NCBI RefSeq assembly: GCF_001642725.1
Contig: NZ_LSUQ01000010.1
Location: 62,001 to 86,669, forward strand
Length of the DNA stretch: 24,669 nt
Source of the DNA: Ferroacidibacillus organovorans
GTDB lineage: Bacteria; Bacillota; Bacilli; Alicyclobacillales; SLC66
Reading direction: 5' to 3'
The notes beneath the pieces are model-generated. The model had not been told where the DNA came from and made no database searches. It saw only the letters and a list, made by a program, of their open reading frames with translations. How positions within the stretch are numbered: position 1 is the stretch's first letter; every line of letters begins with the position of its first letter. Shown here one piece after another: positions 17,764 to 24,669 of the stretch. The translations under genes were made by a program, and so were the position numbers.

Positions 17764-18033
17764 TTGGCTTTGCAACAAGAACGTAAGGCAGAATTGATTG
17801 AAGCGTTTGCAGTGCACGAAAACGATACGGGTTCGCCAGAGGTGCAGGTTGCCCTGCTCACGGAGCGGATCAATGAGTTAAACGAACACTTCCGCATTCA
17901 CAAAAAAGACCATCACAGCAGGCGTGGACTCTTTAAAATGGTGTACAAGCGCGCGCACCTTCTCAAGTACTTACGCGAACATGACATTAATCGGTATCGC
18001 GCACTGATTACGCGTCTTGGACTGCGCAAATAG
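17764..18033 (+). CDS. rpsO: 30S ribosomal protein S15
   Basis: [35 protein letters not shown] 17764 behind SD AGGAGG gives the standard 89 aa. Confidence 0.97.
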   Translation: MALQQERKAELIEAFAVHENDTGSPEVQVALLTERINELNEHFRIHKKDHHSRRGLFKMVYKRAHLLKYLREHDINRYRALITRLGLRK

Positions 18034-18041
18034 TTTTATTA

Positions 18042-18069
18042 AGGAGCGGGGACATCCCGCTCCTGCTTT
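18042..18069 (+). terminator. Stem-loop between rpsO and pnp (weak terminator or processing site)
   Basis: 9-bp stem AGGAGCGGG (18042-50)/CCCGCTCCT (18056-64), poor U-tract GCTTTAC. Confidence 0.6.
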
Positions 18070-18109
18070 ACATATCAGCGATGAAAAGGTAGCGAAAGGA
18101 GGAATCCAG

Positions 18110-20338
18110 ATGGTTTATCAGAGAGAGATGATGGTGGGCGGTCGTCCACTGATTGTTGAGACGGGAAGACTCGCAAAACAAGCGAATGGCGCCGTTCGCG
18201 TTCAGTATGGCGACACTGTGGTTTTGGCGACGGTGACTGCGTCAAAAGATGCAAAGGATCTCGATTTCTTTCCACTTACCGTCAACTACGAAGAACGGCT
18301 TTACGCAGTGGGGAAAATTCCTGGTGGATTTATCAAACGCGAGGGACGTCCCAGTGAGAAAGCGATTTTGGCCAGTCGGTTGATTGATCGTCCGATTCGC
18401 CCGCTGTTTCCCGACGGGTTTCGCAATGATGTTCAAGTTGTCGTGCTCGTGCAATCGGTTGATCAGGATTGTGCGCCGGAGATTGCAGGGATGATCGGTG
18501 TTTCGGCAGCGCTTGGCGTATCGAATGTCCCATTCCCAAAGCTCATCGCAGGTGTCATCGTCGGACGTGTAAACGGGGAGTTCGTGATTAACCCGACGGA
18601 AGCGCAGGCGGCGATCAGCGATCTCCATCTCGTGGTGGCGGGAACGCGTGACGCGATCATGATGGTGGAAGCTGGGGCAAAAGAGATTCCGGAGCAAGGG
18701 ATGCTTGAGGCGATTTTGTTCGGTCACGAAACGATTAAGGAGATCGTCTCTTTTCTTGAAGGCTTTGTGGCTGAAGCGGGCGTTCCTAAAATGGAAGTCA
18801 GCCTTCATCAAATTGACGAAGGCTTAAAAATGGCCGTCTCGGCTTTTGCGGATGAACCGTTACGTGAAGCGATTTATACGACTGAAAAACACGCGCGCGC
18901 TGACGCGATTGAACGCGTCATGCAAGAAACACAGGCTGCACTGCTTTTGCAGTACCCGGAGCGGGTGGATGAGATTGGCGAAATTCTGCACGATGTTGTA
19001 AAGGATCTGGTACGCACCGCGATCGTCTCGGACGGAATCCGTCCGGATGGGCGCTCATTGAAAGAAATTCGCCCGATCAGTGTGGAGGTAGGCGTTTTGC
19101 CACGCACGCACGGTTCTGGACTCTTTACGCGCGGACAAACACAGGCACTCTCCGTCTGTACACTCGGCGCACTCGGGGATGTTCAGATCTTGGATGGGAT
19201 TAGCCCTGAAGAGAGCAAACGTTTTATGCACCACTACAATTTTCCGCCGTTTTCAACGGGCGAAGCACGCCCACTTCGTCCACCAAGCCGCCGCGATATC
19301 GGTCACGGGGCGCTCGGGGAGCGGGCGCTTGAGCCGGTGATTCCAGACGCAGAAGCGTTTCCTTACACGATCAGGTTGGTGTCGGAAGTGCTTGAGTCAA
19401 ACGGCTCCAGTTCGCAGGCAAGCATTTGTGGATCGATTCTCGCACTCATGGATGCGGGAGTACCGATTAAGGCGCCTGTTGCCGGGGTCGCGATGGGACT
19501 TGTCAAGGAGGCGGACAAGGTTGCCATTTTGACGGATATTCAAGGCATGGAAGATCACCTCGGTGACATGGATTTCAAAGTAGCGGGGACGGCAGCGGGT
19601 GTCACTGCGCTACAGATGGACATTAAGATTGGCGGGATTGATCGCGCGATTCTTGAAACGGCCCTTGCTCACGCAAACGAGGGGCGTATGTTTATACTCA
19701 ATGAGATGCGCGCCGCGATTGAAGCACCGCGCGAAGAGTTGTCAAAATATGCGCCACGCATCATCTCAATGAAAATAAACCCAGACAAGATTCGCGAAGT
19801 GATCGGACCTGGCGGTCGCGTGATCAACAAGATTATTGAGGATACCGGGGTTAAGATCGATATTGAGCAAGACGGTCGCGTCTTCATCTCAACGCCTGAT
19901 CATAGTTTAGGGGAGCGCGCCCGCGCGATGATTGAAGGCATCGTGCGCGATGTTATGGTGGGCGAAACGTATGAAGGTAAAGTGATGCGCGTTGAAAAAT
20001 ACGGCGCGTTTGTCGAACTCTTGCCTGGCAAAGAGGGGCTTGTTCACGTTTCGCAACTCGGCGCTGAGCGCGTTTCATCACCGGAAGAGTTTGTCAAAGT
20101 TGGAGATCCACTCACCGTGAAGGTTACTGAAATCGACGCACAGGGACGAATCAATCTCAGTCAACGTGAAGTTCTCAAGGATATGGGAATTCCGGTTGCA
20201 GAGGTTGCTCCACGCTCAAGCGGAGGGGACAGGCCGTCAGGCGGTTCGCGACCTTCAGGAAGTCGCCCGCCTGGCAATCGCAGTGATTCTCGCTCTGGTG
20301 AGCGAAGTGGCGACTCTCGCCCGGTTCGCCGTCCGTAA
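18110..20338 (+). CDS. pnp: Polyribonucleotide nucleotidyltransferase (PNPase)
   Basis: [62 protein letters not shown] (IGPGG) and S1 domains; ATG 18110 behind SD AAAGGAGG. Confidence 0.98.
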   Translation: MVYQREMMVGGRPLIVETGRLAKQANGAVRVQYGDTVVLATVTASKDAKDLDFFPLTVNYEERLYAVGKIPGGFIKREGRPSEKAILASRLIDRPIRPLFPDGFRNDVQVVVLVQSVDQDCAPEIAGMIGVSAALGVSNVPFPKLIAGVIVGRVNGEFVINPTEAQAAISDLHLVVAGTRDAIMMVEAGAKEIPEQGMLEAILFGHETIKEIVSFLEGFVAEAGVPKMEVSLHQIDEGLKMAVSAFADEPLREAIYTTEKHARADAIERVMQETQAALLLQYPERVDEIGEILHDVVKDLVRTAIVSDGIRPDGRSLKEIRPISVEVGVLPRTHGSGLFTRGQTQALSVCTLGALGDVQILDGISPEESKRFMHHYNFPPFSTGEARPLRPPSRRDIGHGALGERALEPVIPDAEAFPYTIRLVSEVLESNGSSSQASICGSILALMDAGVPIKAPVAGVAMGLVKEADKVAILTDIQGMEDHLGDMDFKVAGTAAGVTALQMDIKIGGIDRAILETALAHANEGRMFILNEMRAAIEAPREELSKYAPRIISMKINPDKIREVIGPGGRVINKIIEDTGVKIDIEQDGRVFISTPDHSLGERARAMIEGIVRDVMVGETYEGKVMRVEKYGAFVELLPGKEGLVHVSQLGAERVSSPEEFVKVGDPLTVKVTEIDAQGRINLSQREVLKDMGIPVAEVAPRSSGGDRPSGGSRPSGSRPPGNRSDSRSGERSGDSRPVRRP

Positions 20339-20355
20339 TTTGACTGTATTGAAGT

Positions 20356-20402
20356 GAGTAGACAAAAAAGCGAGCATCTTTTGCTCGCTTTTTTGTCTAC
20401 TC
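20356..20402. terminator. Intrinsic terminator after pnp, potentially bidirectional
   Basis: Perfect 21-bp inverted repeat GAGTAGACAAAAAAGCGAGCA / TGCTCGCTTTTTTGTCTACTC with 5-nt loop; A6 and T6 tracts flank the GC core. Confidence 0.92.
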
Positions 20403-20424
20403 TGCTAGAGTGTTGCATAGACAT
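20395..20424 (+). promoter_or_regulatory. Candidate SigE (mother-cell) promoter for swsB/ylxY
   Basis: GTCTACT (20395-20401), 14-nt spacer, CATAGACAT (20416-20424) resembles the SigE pattern; B. subtilis ylxY is SigE-controlled. Confidence 0.55.
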
Positions 20425-20454
20425 GTCCCAAAGCGGTTCTTGGGAGATGAATGT

Positions 20455-21438
20455 ATGCGCAATCTTCGCTCTGTCCTGTTTTTCGTAGTATGTGTAGCGG
20501 CAGTCTACGGTACACTTCGCGTGTTTGGCAATCCTCTGACGAATCCTGCAGATTGGCAGGTTCTATCCGCGACCTCAAAAATGACGTATGCGTCCGAGTT
20601 GCAGGTGCTCGCGACGCGCTATGATAAACCGCCTGTCAATGCGCGTGTTGAGAAATACTGGGGACTGATTCCTGCGTTAAACGGTGTCAAGCTTGACATC
20701 CAGAAGAGTTTGGCACGCCAAAATCTGTTGAACAAAAACGCTTCACCACTCTTTTTTGATCAAATCGCGCCAGCCGTGTCCACGACCTCACTCGTGGCGG
20801 AGCCGATCTATCGCGCGAATGCGCAGAAGCGACAAATGGCGCTGATGATCAATGTGGCATGGGGAGATGCTTATCTGCCTGCCATGCTTAAAATTCTCAC
20901 GGTGCACCACGCAAAGGCGACGTTTTTCTTTGATGGATCGTTTGCGACAAAAAATCCGCAGGCTGTGAAGATGGTCCTGCAGGCAGGTATGGAGGTTGGA
21001 AATCACGCGTACAACCACCCGATGATGACAAAGCTCTCACGCGTTAAGATGATTGAACAGATTACGCGAACGAATGCAGCGATCTTACGCGCAGGTGGAG
21101 TGAAGCCCACGCTGTTTGCACCGCCCGCAGGCGATGTAAACGCGCTTGTCGTGCGCGCGGCGGCGGGACTTGGCATGCACACGATCCTCTGGACGCTCGA
21201 CACGATCGATTGGCGAAAACCGCCTGCGTCGGTCATCCTTCATCGCATCGTCGATCACCGTGAACCAGGTGCGCTCGTTTTGATGCATCCGACGGCGAAT
21301 ACGGTGGCAGCTCTCCCGACCATGATTGAAAAATTGCAGTCGGCGGGCTATCAACTCGTCACAGTTACATCGATCATCAGCCCCGTTCGCCCAGTCCCCA
21401 ATACGTATGGAGAAGCTATGACTGGTACACGCGCCTAA
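20455..21438 (+). CDS. ylxY: Sporulation polysaccharide-deacetylase-family protein (YlxY/SwsB-like), N-terminal membrane anchor
   Basis: Hydrophobic N-terminus; NodB/CE4 fold motifs ATFF, GNHAYNHP, FAPPAG, WTLDTIDW, LMHPT; motif 1 reads INVAWG; located between pnp and mlpA; ATG 20455 behind GGAG. Confidence 0.88.
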   Translation: MRNLRSVLFFVVCVAAVYGTLRVFGNPLTNPADWQVLSATSKMTYASELQVLATRYDKPPVNARVEKYWGLIPALNGVKLDIQKSLARQNLLNKNASPLFFDQIAPAVSTTSLVAEPIYRANAQKRQMALMINVAWGDAYLPAMLKILTVHHAKATFFFDGSFATKNPQAVKMVLQAGMEVGNHAYNHPMMTKLSRVKMIEQITRTNAAILRAGGVKPTLFAPPAGDVNALVVRAAAGLGMHTILWTLDTIDWRKPPASVILHRIVDHREPGALVLMHPTANTVAALPTMIEKLQSAGYQLVTVTSIISPVRPVPNTYGEAMTGTRA

Positions 21439-21451
21439 TGAATGAATCCGC

Positions 21452-21481
21452 TTGTGAGGGTGAGACGCGGTCTGGTATCAT
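21452..21481 (+). promoter_or_regulatory. Candidate SigA promoter for mlpA-dut
   Basis: -35 TTGTGA (21452-57), 18-nt spacer, extended -10 TG-G-TATCAT (21473-81). Confidence 0.55.
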
Positions 21482-21518
21482 GGTGAACATGATACGCGCC
21501 TGAGAAGGGAGATCGCTC

Positions 21519-22775
21519 TTGCTTCAATATCATCGTTTGAACAATGGAATACGCGTTTTGCTGGAGCCGATCAGTCACGTACGCTCCGTGAGCATTGGTG
21601 TCTATGTCGCCAATGGTTCACGTGACGAGCCAATCGAATTGTCGGGTGTCTCTCACATGCTTGAACACATGTATTTTAAAGGGACCACGCGGCATAATGC
21701 GCGAGAATTGGCGGAAGTTTTGGACAGTCTGGGTGGGCATGTCAACGCATATACCACAAAAGAGTATACGTGCTATCACGCGAAGGTGCTTGATGAACAC
21801 GCAAAACGCTTACTTGATACGCTTTCAGAGATGCTCTTTGAGAGTGAATTTGCAGCGGATGAACTCGAGCGCGAAAAGCGTGTTGTGTTAGAGGAAATCA
21901 AAATGTATGAAGACAATTCAGAAGAGGCTGTGCACGATCTGATTTTGGAGACGGCATTTGAGCACGATATGCTCGGTGCGAACATTCTTGGCACGGAAGA
22001 GAGCCTGGAACGGCTCGATCGAACGACACTGAAAAACTTTGCGGCGAGCGCGTATACGCCTGATCGGATGGTGATCTCTGTCTGCGGTCACTTCGATGCG
22101 CTTGAGATGCTTCAGTGGATTGAGGAGTCATTCGCGCACGCGCAGGGAATGGCTCAGGCGTCTCATTCAGAGCGGCCGCCACAGTACACGCCAAAGCGCG
22201 TGTTTCAGCGAAAAAGTATCGAACAGGTGCACGTTTGCGTCGCGTATGAAGGAATACACTATGACCACAAAGACGCGCAGGCGCTGGTGGTTTTAAACAA
22301 CATTCTCGGCGCGAGTTCGAGTTCAAGACTTTTTCAAGATATTCGGGAAGAACGCGGACTCGCGTATAACGTATTTTCTTATCACAGCGCATTTCGCGAT
22401 ACGGGACTCTATGTCCTTTCTTACGGGACGGCGCAAGATCAGGCGACCGAAGTCCTTGCGCGCATGGATCACCTTATCGCCTCTTTGTTGCAAGACGGCG
22501 TGACGGAGAGCGAGATGCAAAAATCAAAAGACCAACTGCGCGGATCCTTACTTTTGAGCCTTGAAAGCACGTCGAGTCGGATGAGTAGAATCGCCAAAAA
22601 TGAACTCCTTTTACATCGAACCATAGAGGTTGAACAAGCGATTGACGAGATGATGAGTGTGACGCGAGAAGACATTGCGCGCACTGCGCAGCACATTTTT
22701 TCAGGTGCTCGCGCGATCGCTGCAGTCGGCGCTCCTTCACTTGAACCTATTTTTGAAGCGGACAATCTGCGATGA
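21519..22775 (+). CDS. mlpA: M16 (pitrilysin/MPP-like) zinc peptidase MlpA/YmxG
   Basis: GVSHMLEHMYFKGT (HxxEH), NAYTTKEYT, EKRVVLEEI, SSRLFQDIREERGLAY; TTG start behind AAGGGAG; synteny. Confidence 0.92.
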   Translation: MLQYHRLNNGIRVLLEPISHVRSVSIGVYVANGSRDEPIELSGVSHMLEHMYFKGTTRHNARELAEVLDSLGGHVNAYTTKEYTCYHAKVLDEHAKRLLDTLSEMLFESEFAADELEREKRVVLEEIKMYEDNSEEAVHDLILETAFEHDMLGANILGTEESLERLDRTTLKNFAASAYTPDRMVISVCGHFDALEMLQWIEESFAHAQGMAQASHSERPPQYTPKRVFQRKSIEQVHVCVAYEGIHYDHKDAQALVVLNNILGASSSSRLFQDIREERGLAYNVFSYHSAFRDTGLYVLSYGTAQDQATEVLARMDHLIASLLQDGVTESEMQKSKDQLRGSLLLSLESTSSRMSRIAKNELLLHRTIEVEQAIDEMMSVTREDIARTAQHIFSGARAIAAVGAPSLEPIFEADNLR

Positions 22776-23212
22776 GACGATTCGAGTGGGTCGCGGGTGT
22801 CGATACGCGCGAACTTGAGCTACCCATAAGGCAGACACAGGATGCTGCAGGGTATGATCTGTGCGCACTTCACGACGTCACACTTCCTCCCGCGCGCGTG
22901 ACGCTCGTTCCGACGGGTGTGCGCGCGCGCATGCCGGCTGGCGAATTTCTCGCGCTCTACGCGCGCAGCAGCCTTTCTATACGCTATGGGATCATTCTCG
23001 CAAACGGTGTCGGCGTCATCGATGCGGACTATGTAGACAATCCTTCAAACCAGGGACACATCATGATACCTCTTCTTCACTTTGGTGAAAGAGACATTCG
23101 AATCGCGCGCGGAGAGCGCATTGCGCAGGGCGTTTTTACGGCGTTTTCGCTGACGGATGACGATTCTCCAAAAACACAGAGGCGCGCAGGCGGATTCGGT
23201 TCCACCCATTGA
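22772..23212 (+). CDS. dut: Trimeric dUTP diphosphatase
   Basis: All five motifs: AGYDL, RSS, GVIDADY, GERIAQG, RAGGFGST; ATGA overlap with the mlpA stop. Confidence 0.95.
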   Translation: MRRFEWVAGVDTRELELPIRQTQDAAGYDLCALHDVTLPPARVTLVPTGVRARMPAGEFLALYARSSLSIRYGIILANGVGVIDADYVDNPSNQGHIMIPLLHFGERDIRIARGERIAQGVFTAFSLTDDDSPKTQRRAGGFGSTH

Positions 23213-23213
23213 T

Positions 23214-23242
23214 CACCGATGGCGGGCGACTGACATAGGATG
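23214..23242 (+). promoter_or_regulatory. Candidate SigK promoter for dpaAB (spoVF)
   Basis: CACC (23214-17), 16-nt spacer, CATAGGATG (23234-42) fits the SigK pattern AC-N17-CATAnnnT; spoVF is SigK-dependent in B. subtilis. Confidence 0.7.
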
Positions 23243-23328
23243 ACTGTCAGCGAGCGCGAGGTAGCTCGCGAAAACATCGCCTTGTAATTCGACTCGGGTG
23301 TCGTAAAATGGGGAAAGGGGTCTCTGGC

Positions 23329-24222
23329 ATGCTTACGGGTGTCAAGTTTGCGTTTCTCGGTGGAGATGCGCGGATGATCGAAGTGGCGCGCTGTGTGAGT
23401 GAACTGGACGCTTCGACCGTGATGGTCGGATTTGAAAAAGCTGATGTTTCGTTTCCTGACAGCGTGAAAGTCGCGTTCTCTGAAGAGGTTTTAAAAGACG
23501 CAGACGTGATTGTTTTTCCCGTGGCAGGTATCGATGATGAAGGGCGCGTTCCTGCACAGTTTGCAGAACAGCCGATCATGATGACTGAGGATCATTTTGC
23601 GGTGATCAATAAAAAAACGCAACTTTTCACGGGCATCGCGCGGCCGCGCTTTGGGGCTCTCGCCAAACGGCATGGTTTGGCGCTGGTACGCCTGATGGAA
23701 CTGGATGAAGTGGCGATACTAAACTCCATTCCTACGGCGGAAGGCGCGATTGCTCTCGCGATGGAGCATACGGAGATCACGCTTCACGGATCGGCTTGCA
23801 CCGTGCTTGGTTTGGGACGCTGCGGGGTCACCCTGGCGCGCGTGCTCGCTGGCATGGGGGCGGCAGTCACCGTATGTGCGCGCAAACCGAGCGATTTAGC
23901 GCGCATCCGCGAGATGGGGCTTACTGCGATCCCACTTGAACATCTCGGAGACGCCATCGCGTCGTCTGACGTTGTGTTTAATACGATCCCAGCGATGATT
24001 CTCACGTCAGACATCCTCGCGCGTGCAGCGCGTTTTTGTGTCATCATTGATCTTGCATCTGCCCCTGGCGGCACCGATTTTCGATTTGCCGAAAAACGCG
24101 GCATCAAGGCGATGTTAGCGCCGAGTTTACCAGGAATCGTCGCTCCGAAAACGGCGGGACGGATCATCGCACAGACCATGGTGCGCATGGTACAAGAAGC
24201 GTCCTCGTCCACTGGGGGATGA
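23329..24222 (+). CDS. dpaA: Dipicolinate synthase subunit A (SpoVFA)
   Basis: MLTG.K.A.LGGDAR, DEVAILNSIPTAEGAI, VLGLGRCG, FNTIP, IDLASAPGGTDF, APSLPGIVAPKTAG; ATG 23329 behind AAAGGGG. Confidence 0.96.
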   Translation: MLTGVKFAFLGGDARMIEVARCVSELDASTVMVGFEKADVSFPDSVKVAFSEEVLKDADVIVFPVAGIDDEGRVPAQFAEQPIMMTEDHFAVINKKTQLFTGIARPRFGALAKRHGLALVRLMELDEVAILNSIPTAEGAIALAMEHTEITLHGSACTVLGLGRCGVTLARVLAGMGAAVTVCARKPSDLARIREMGLTAIPLEHLGDAIASSDVVFNTIPAMILTSDILARAARFCVIIDLASAPGGTDFRFAEKRGIKAMLAPSLPGIVAPKTAGRIIAQTMVRMVQEASSSTGG

Positions 24223-24226
24223 AGAA

Positions 24227-24637
24227 GTGGAACTTCGCGGCAAAACGATCGGATTTGCCATCACAGGATCACACTGTACGTATGAAGAAGTATTCCCGGA
24301 AATTGAGCGTTTCATAAAGACAGGCGTCTCCGTTGTGCCGATTTTTTCACAAACGGTCGTAAACACTGGAACGCGCTTTGGCGAAGCAGGTGTTTGGGTG
24401 AGAAGAATTGAAGAACTCACGGGTGAGACGGGAATCTCGACGATCCCGCAAGCGGAGCCGCTCGGACCGAGCAAACGGCTCGATGCATTGGTGATCGCAC
24501 CGTGCACCGGTTCGACGCTCAGCCGATTTGCCAATGCGCAGACGGATTCGGCTGTGCTGATGGCGGCCAAGTCGACACTGAGAAATGATCGACCGGTCGT
24601 CTTGGCCATCTCAACGAATGACGGACTAGGTCTGAAT
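24227..24637 (+). CDS. dpaB: Dipicolinate synthase subunit B (SpoVFB), 3' truncated; missing from the ORF track
   Basis: Hand translation from GTG 24227: MELRGKTIGFAITGSHCTYEEVFP...TRFGEA...AEPLGPSKRLDALVIAPCTGSTLSRFANAQTDSAVLMAAKSTLRNDRPVVLAISTNDGLGLN; no stop before the adapter. Confidence 0.95.
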
Positions 24638-24669
24638 CTGTCTCTTATCCACATCAGACGCTGCCGACG
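24638..24669. other. Nextera/Tn5 sequencing adapter remnant (artefact)
   Basis: CTGTCTCTTATcCACATCaGACGCTGCCGACG matches adapter CTGTCTCTTATACACATCTGACGCTGCCGACG at 30/32 positions (mismatches 24649 and 24656), at the very end of the sequence. Confidence 0.96.

Noticed and set aside
24219..24317. Short out-of-frame ORF starting at the ATGA overlap with the dpaA stop
   Set aside because: No properly spaced SD; the GGGGGA tract is positioned for the dpaB GTG at 24227.
24638..24656. Tn5/IS50 transposon end inserted in dpaB
   Set aside because: It matches the synthetic mosaic end followed by the Nextera-specific tail, with no transposase, at the sequence terminus.

Overview
A 24.7 kb, entirely plus-strand block of core housekeeping and sporulation genes from an endospore-forming Bacillota genome (roughly 50-55% GC by eye; gene order suggests a Bacillales or Alicyclobacillaceae-like organism, which is an inference). 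Order: frr (5' partial)-uppS-cdsA-dxr-rseP-polC | rimP-nusA-ylxR-ylxQ-infB-rbfA-DHH/NrnA-truB-ribF | rpsO-pnp | swsB/ylxY | mlpA-dut | dpaA-dpaB (3' truncated). I found no mobile element, CRISPR array, RNA gene or defence island, and cannot support a new multi-gene system. The most unusual items are: (i) a 1059-aa IF2 with 22 tandem [D/N]RP[Q/Y]G pentapeptides, encoded by a 45-nt repeat whose variation is all synonymous and lies outside an invariant hairpin-forming 29-nt block; (ii) a similar low-complexity tail on PNPase; (iii) atypical residues in S15; (iv) palindromes over the predicted mlpA-dut, dpaAB and rpsO promoters; (v) no proS, ylxP or ymxH at their B. subtilis positions; (vi) nine GCGATCGC (HIP1-like) octamers. 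The last 32 nt are an untrimmed Nextera adapter, so the dpaB truncation is an assembly artefact.
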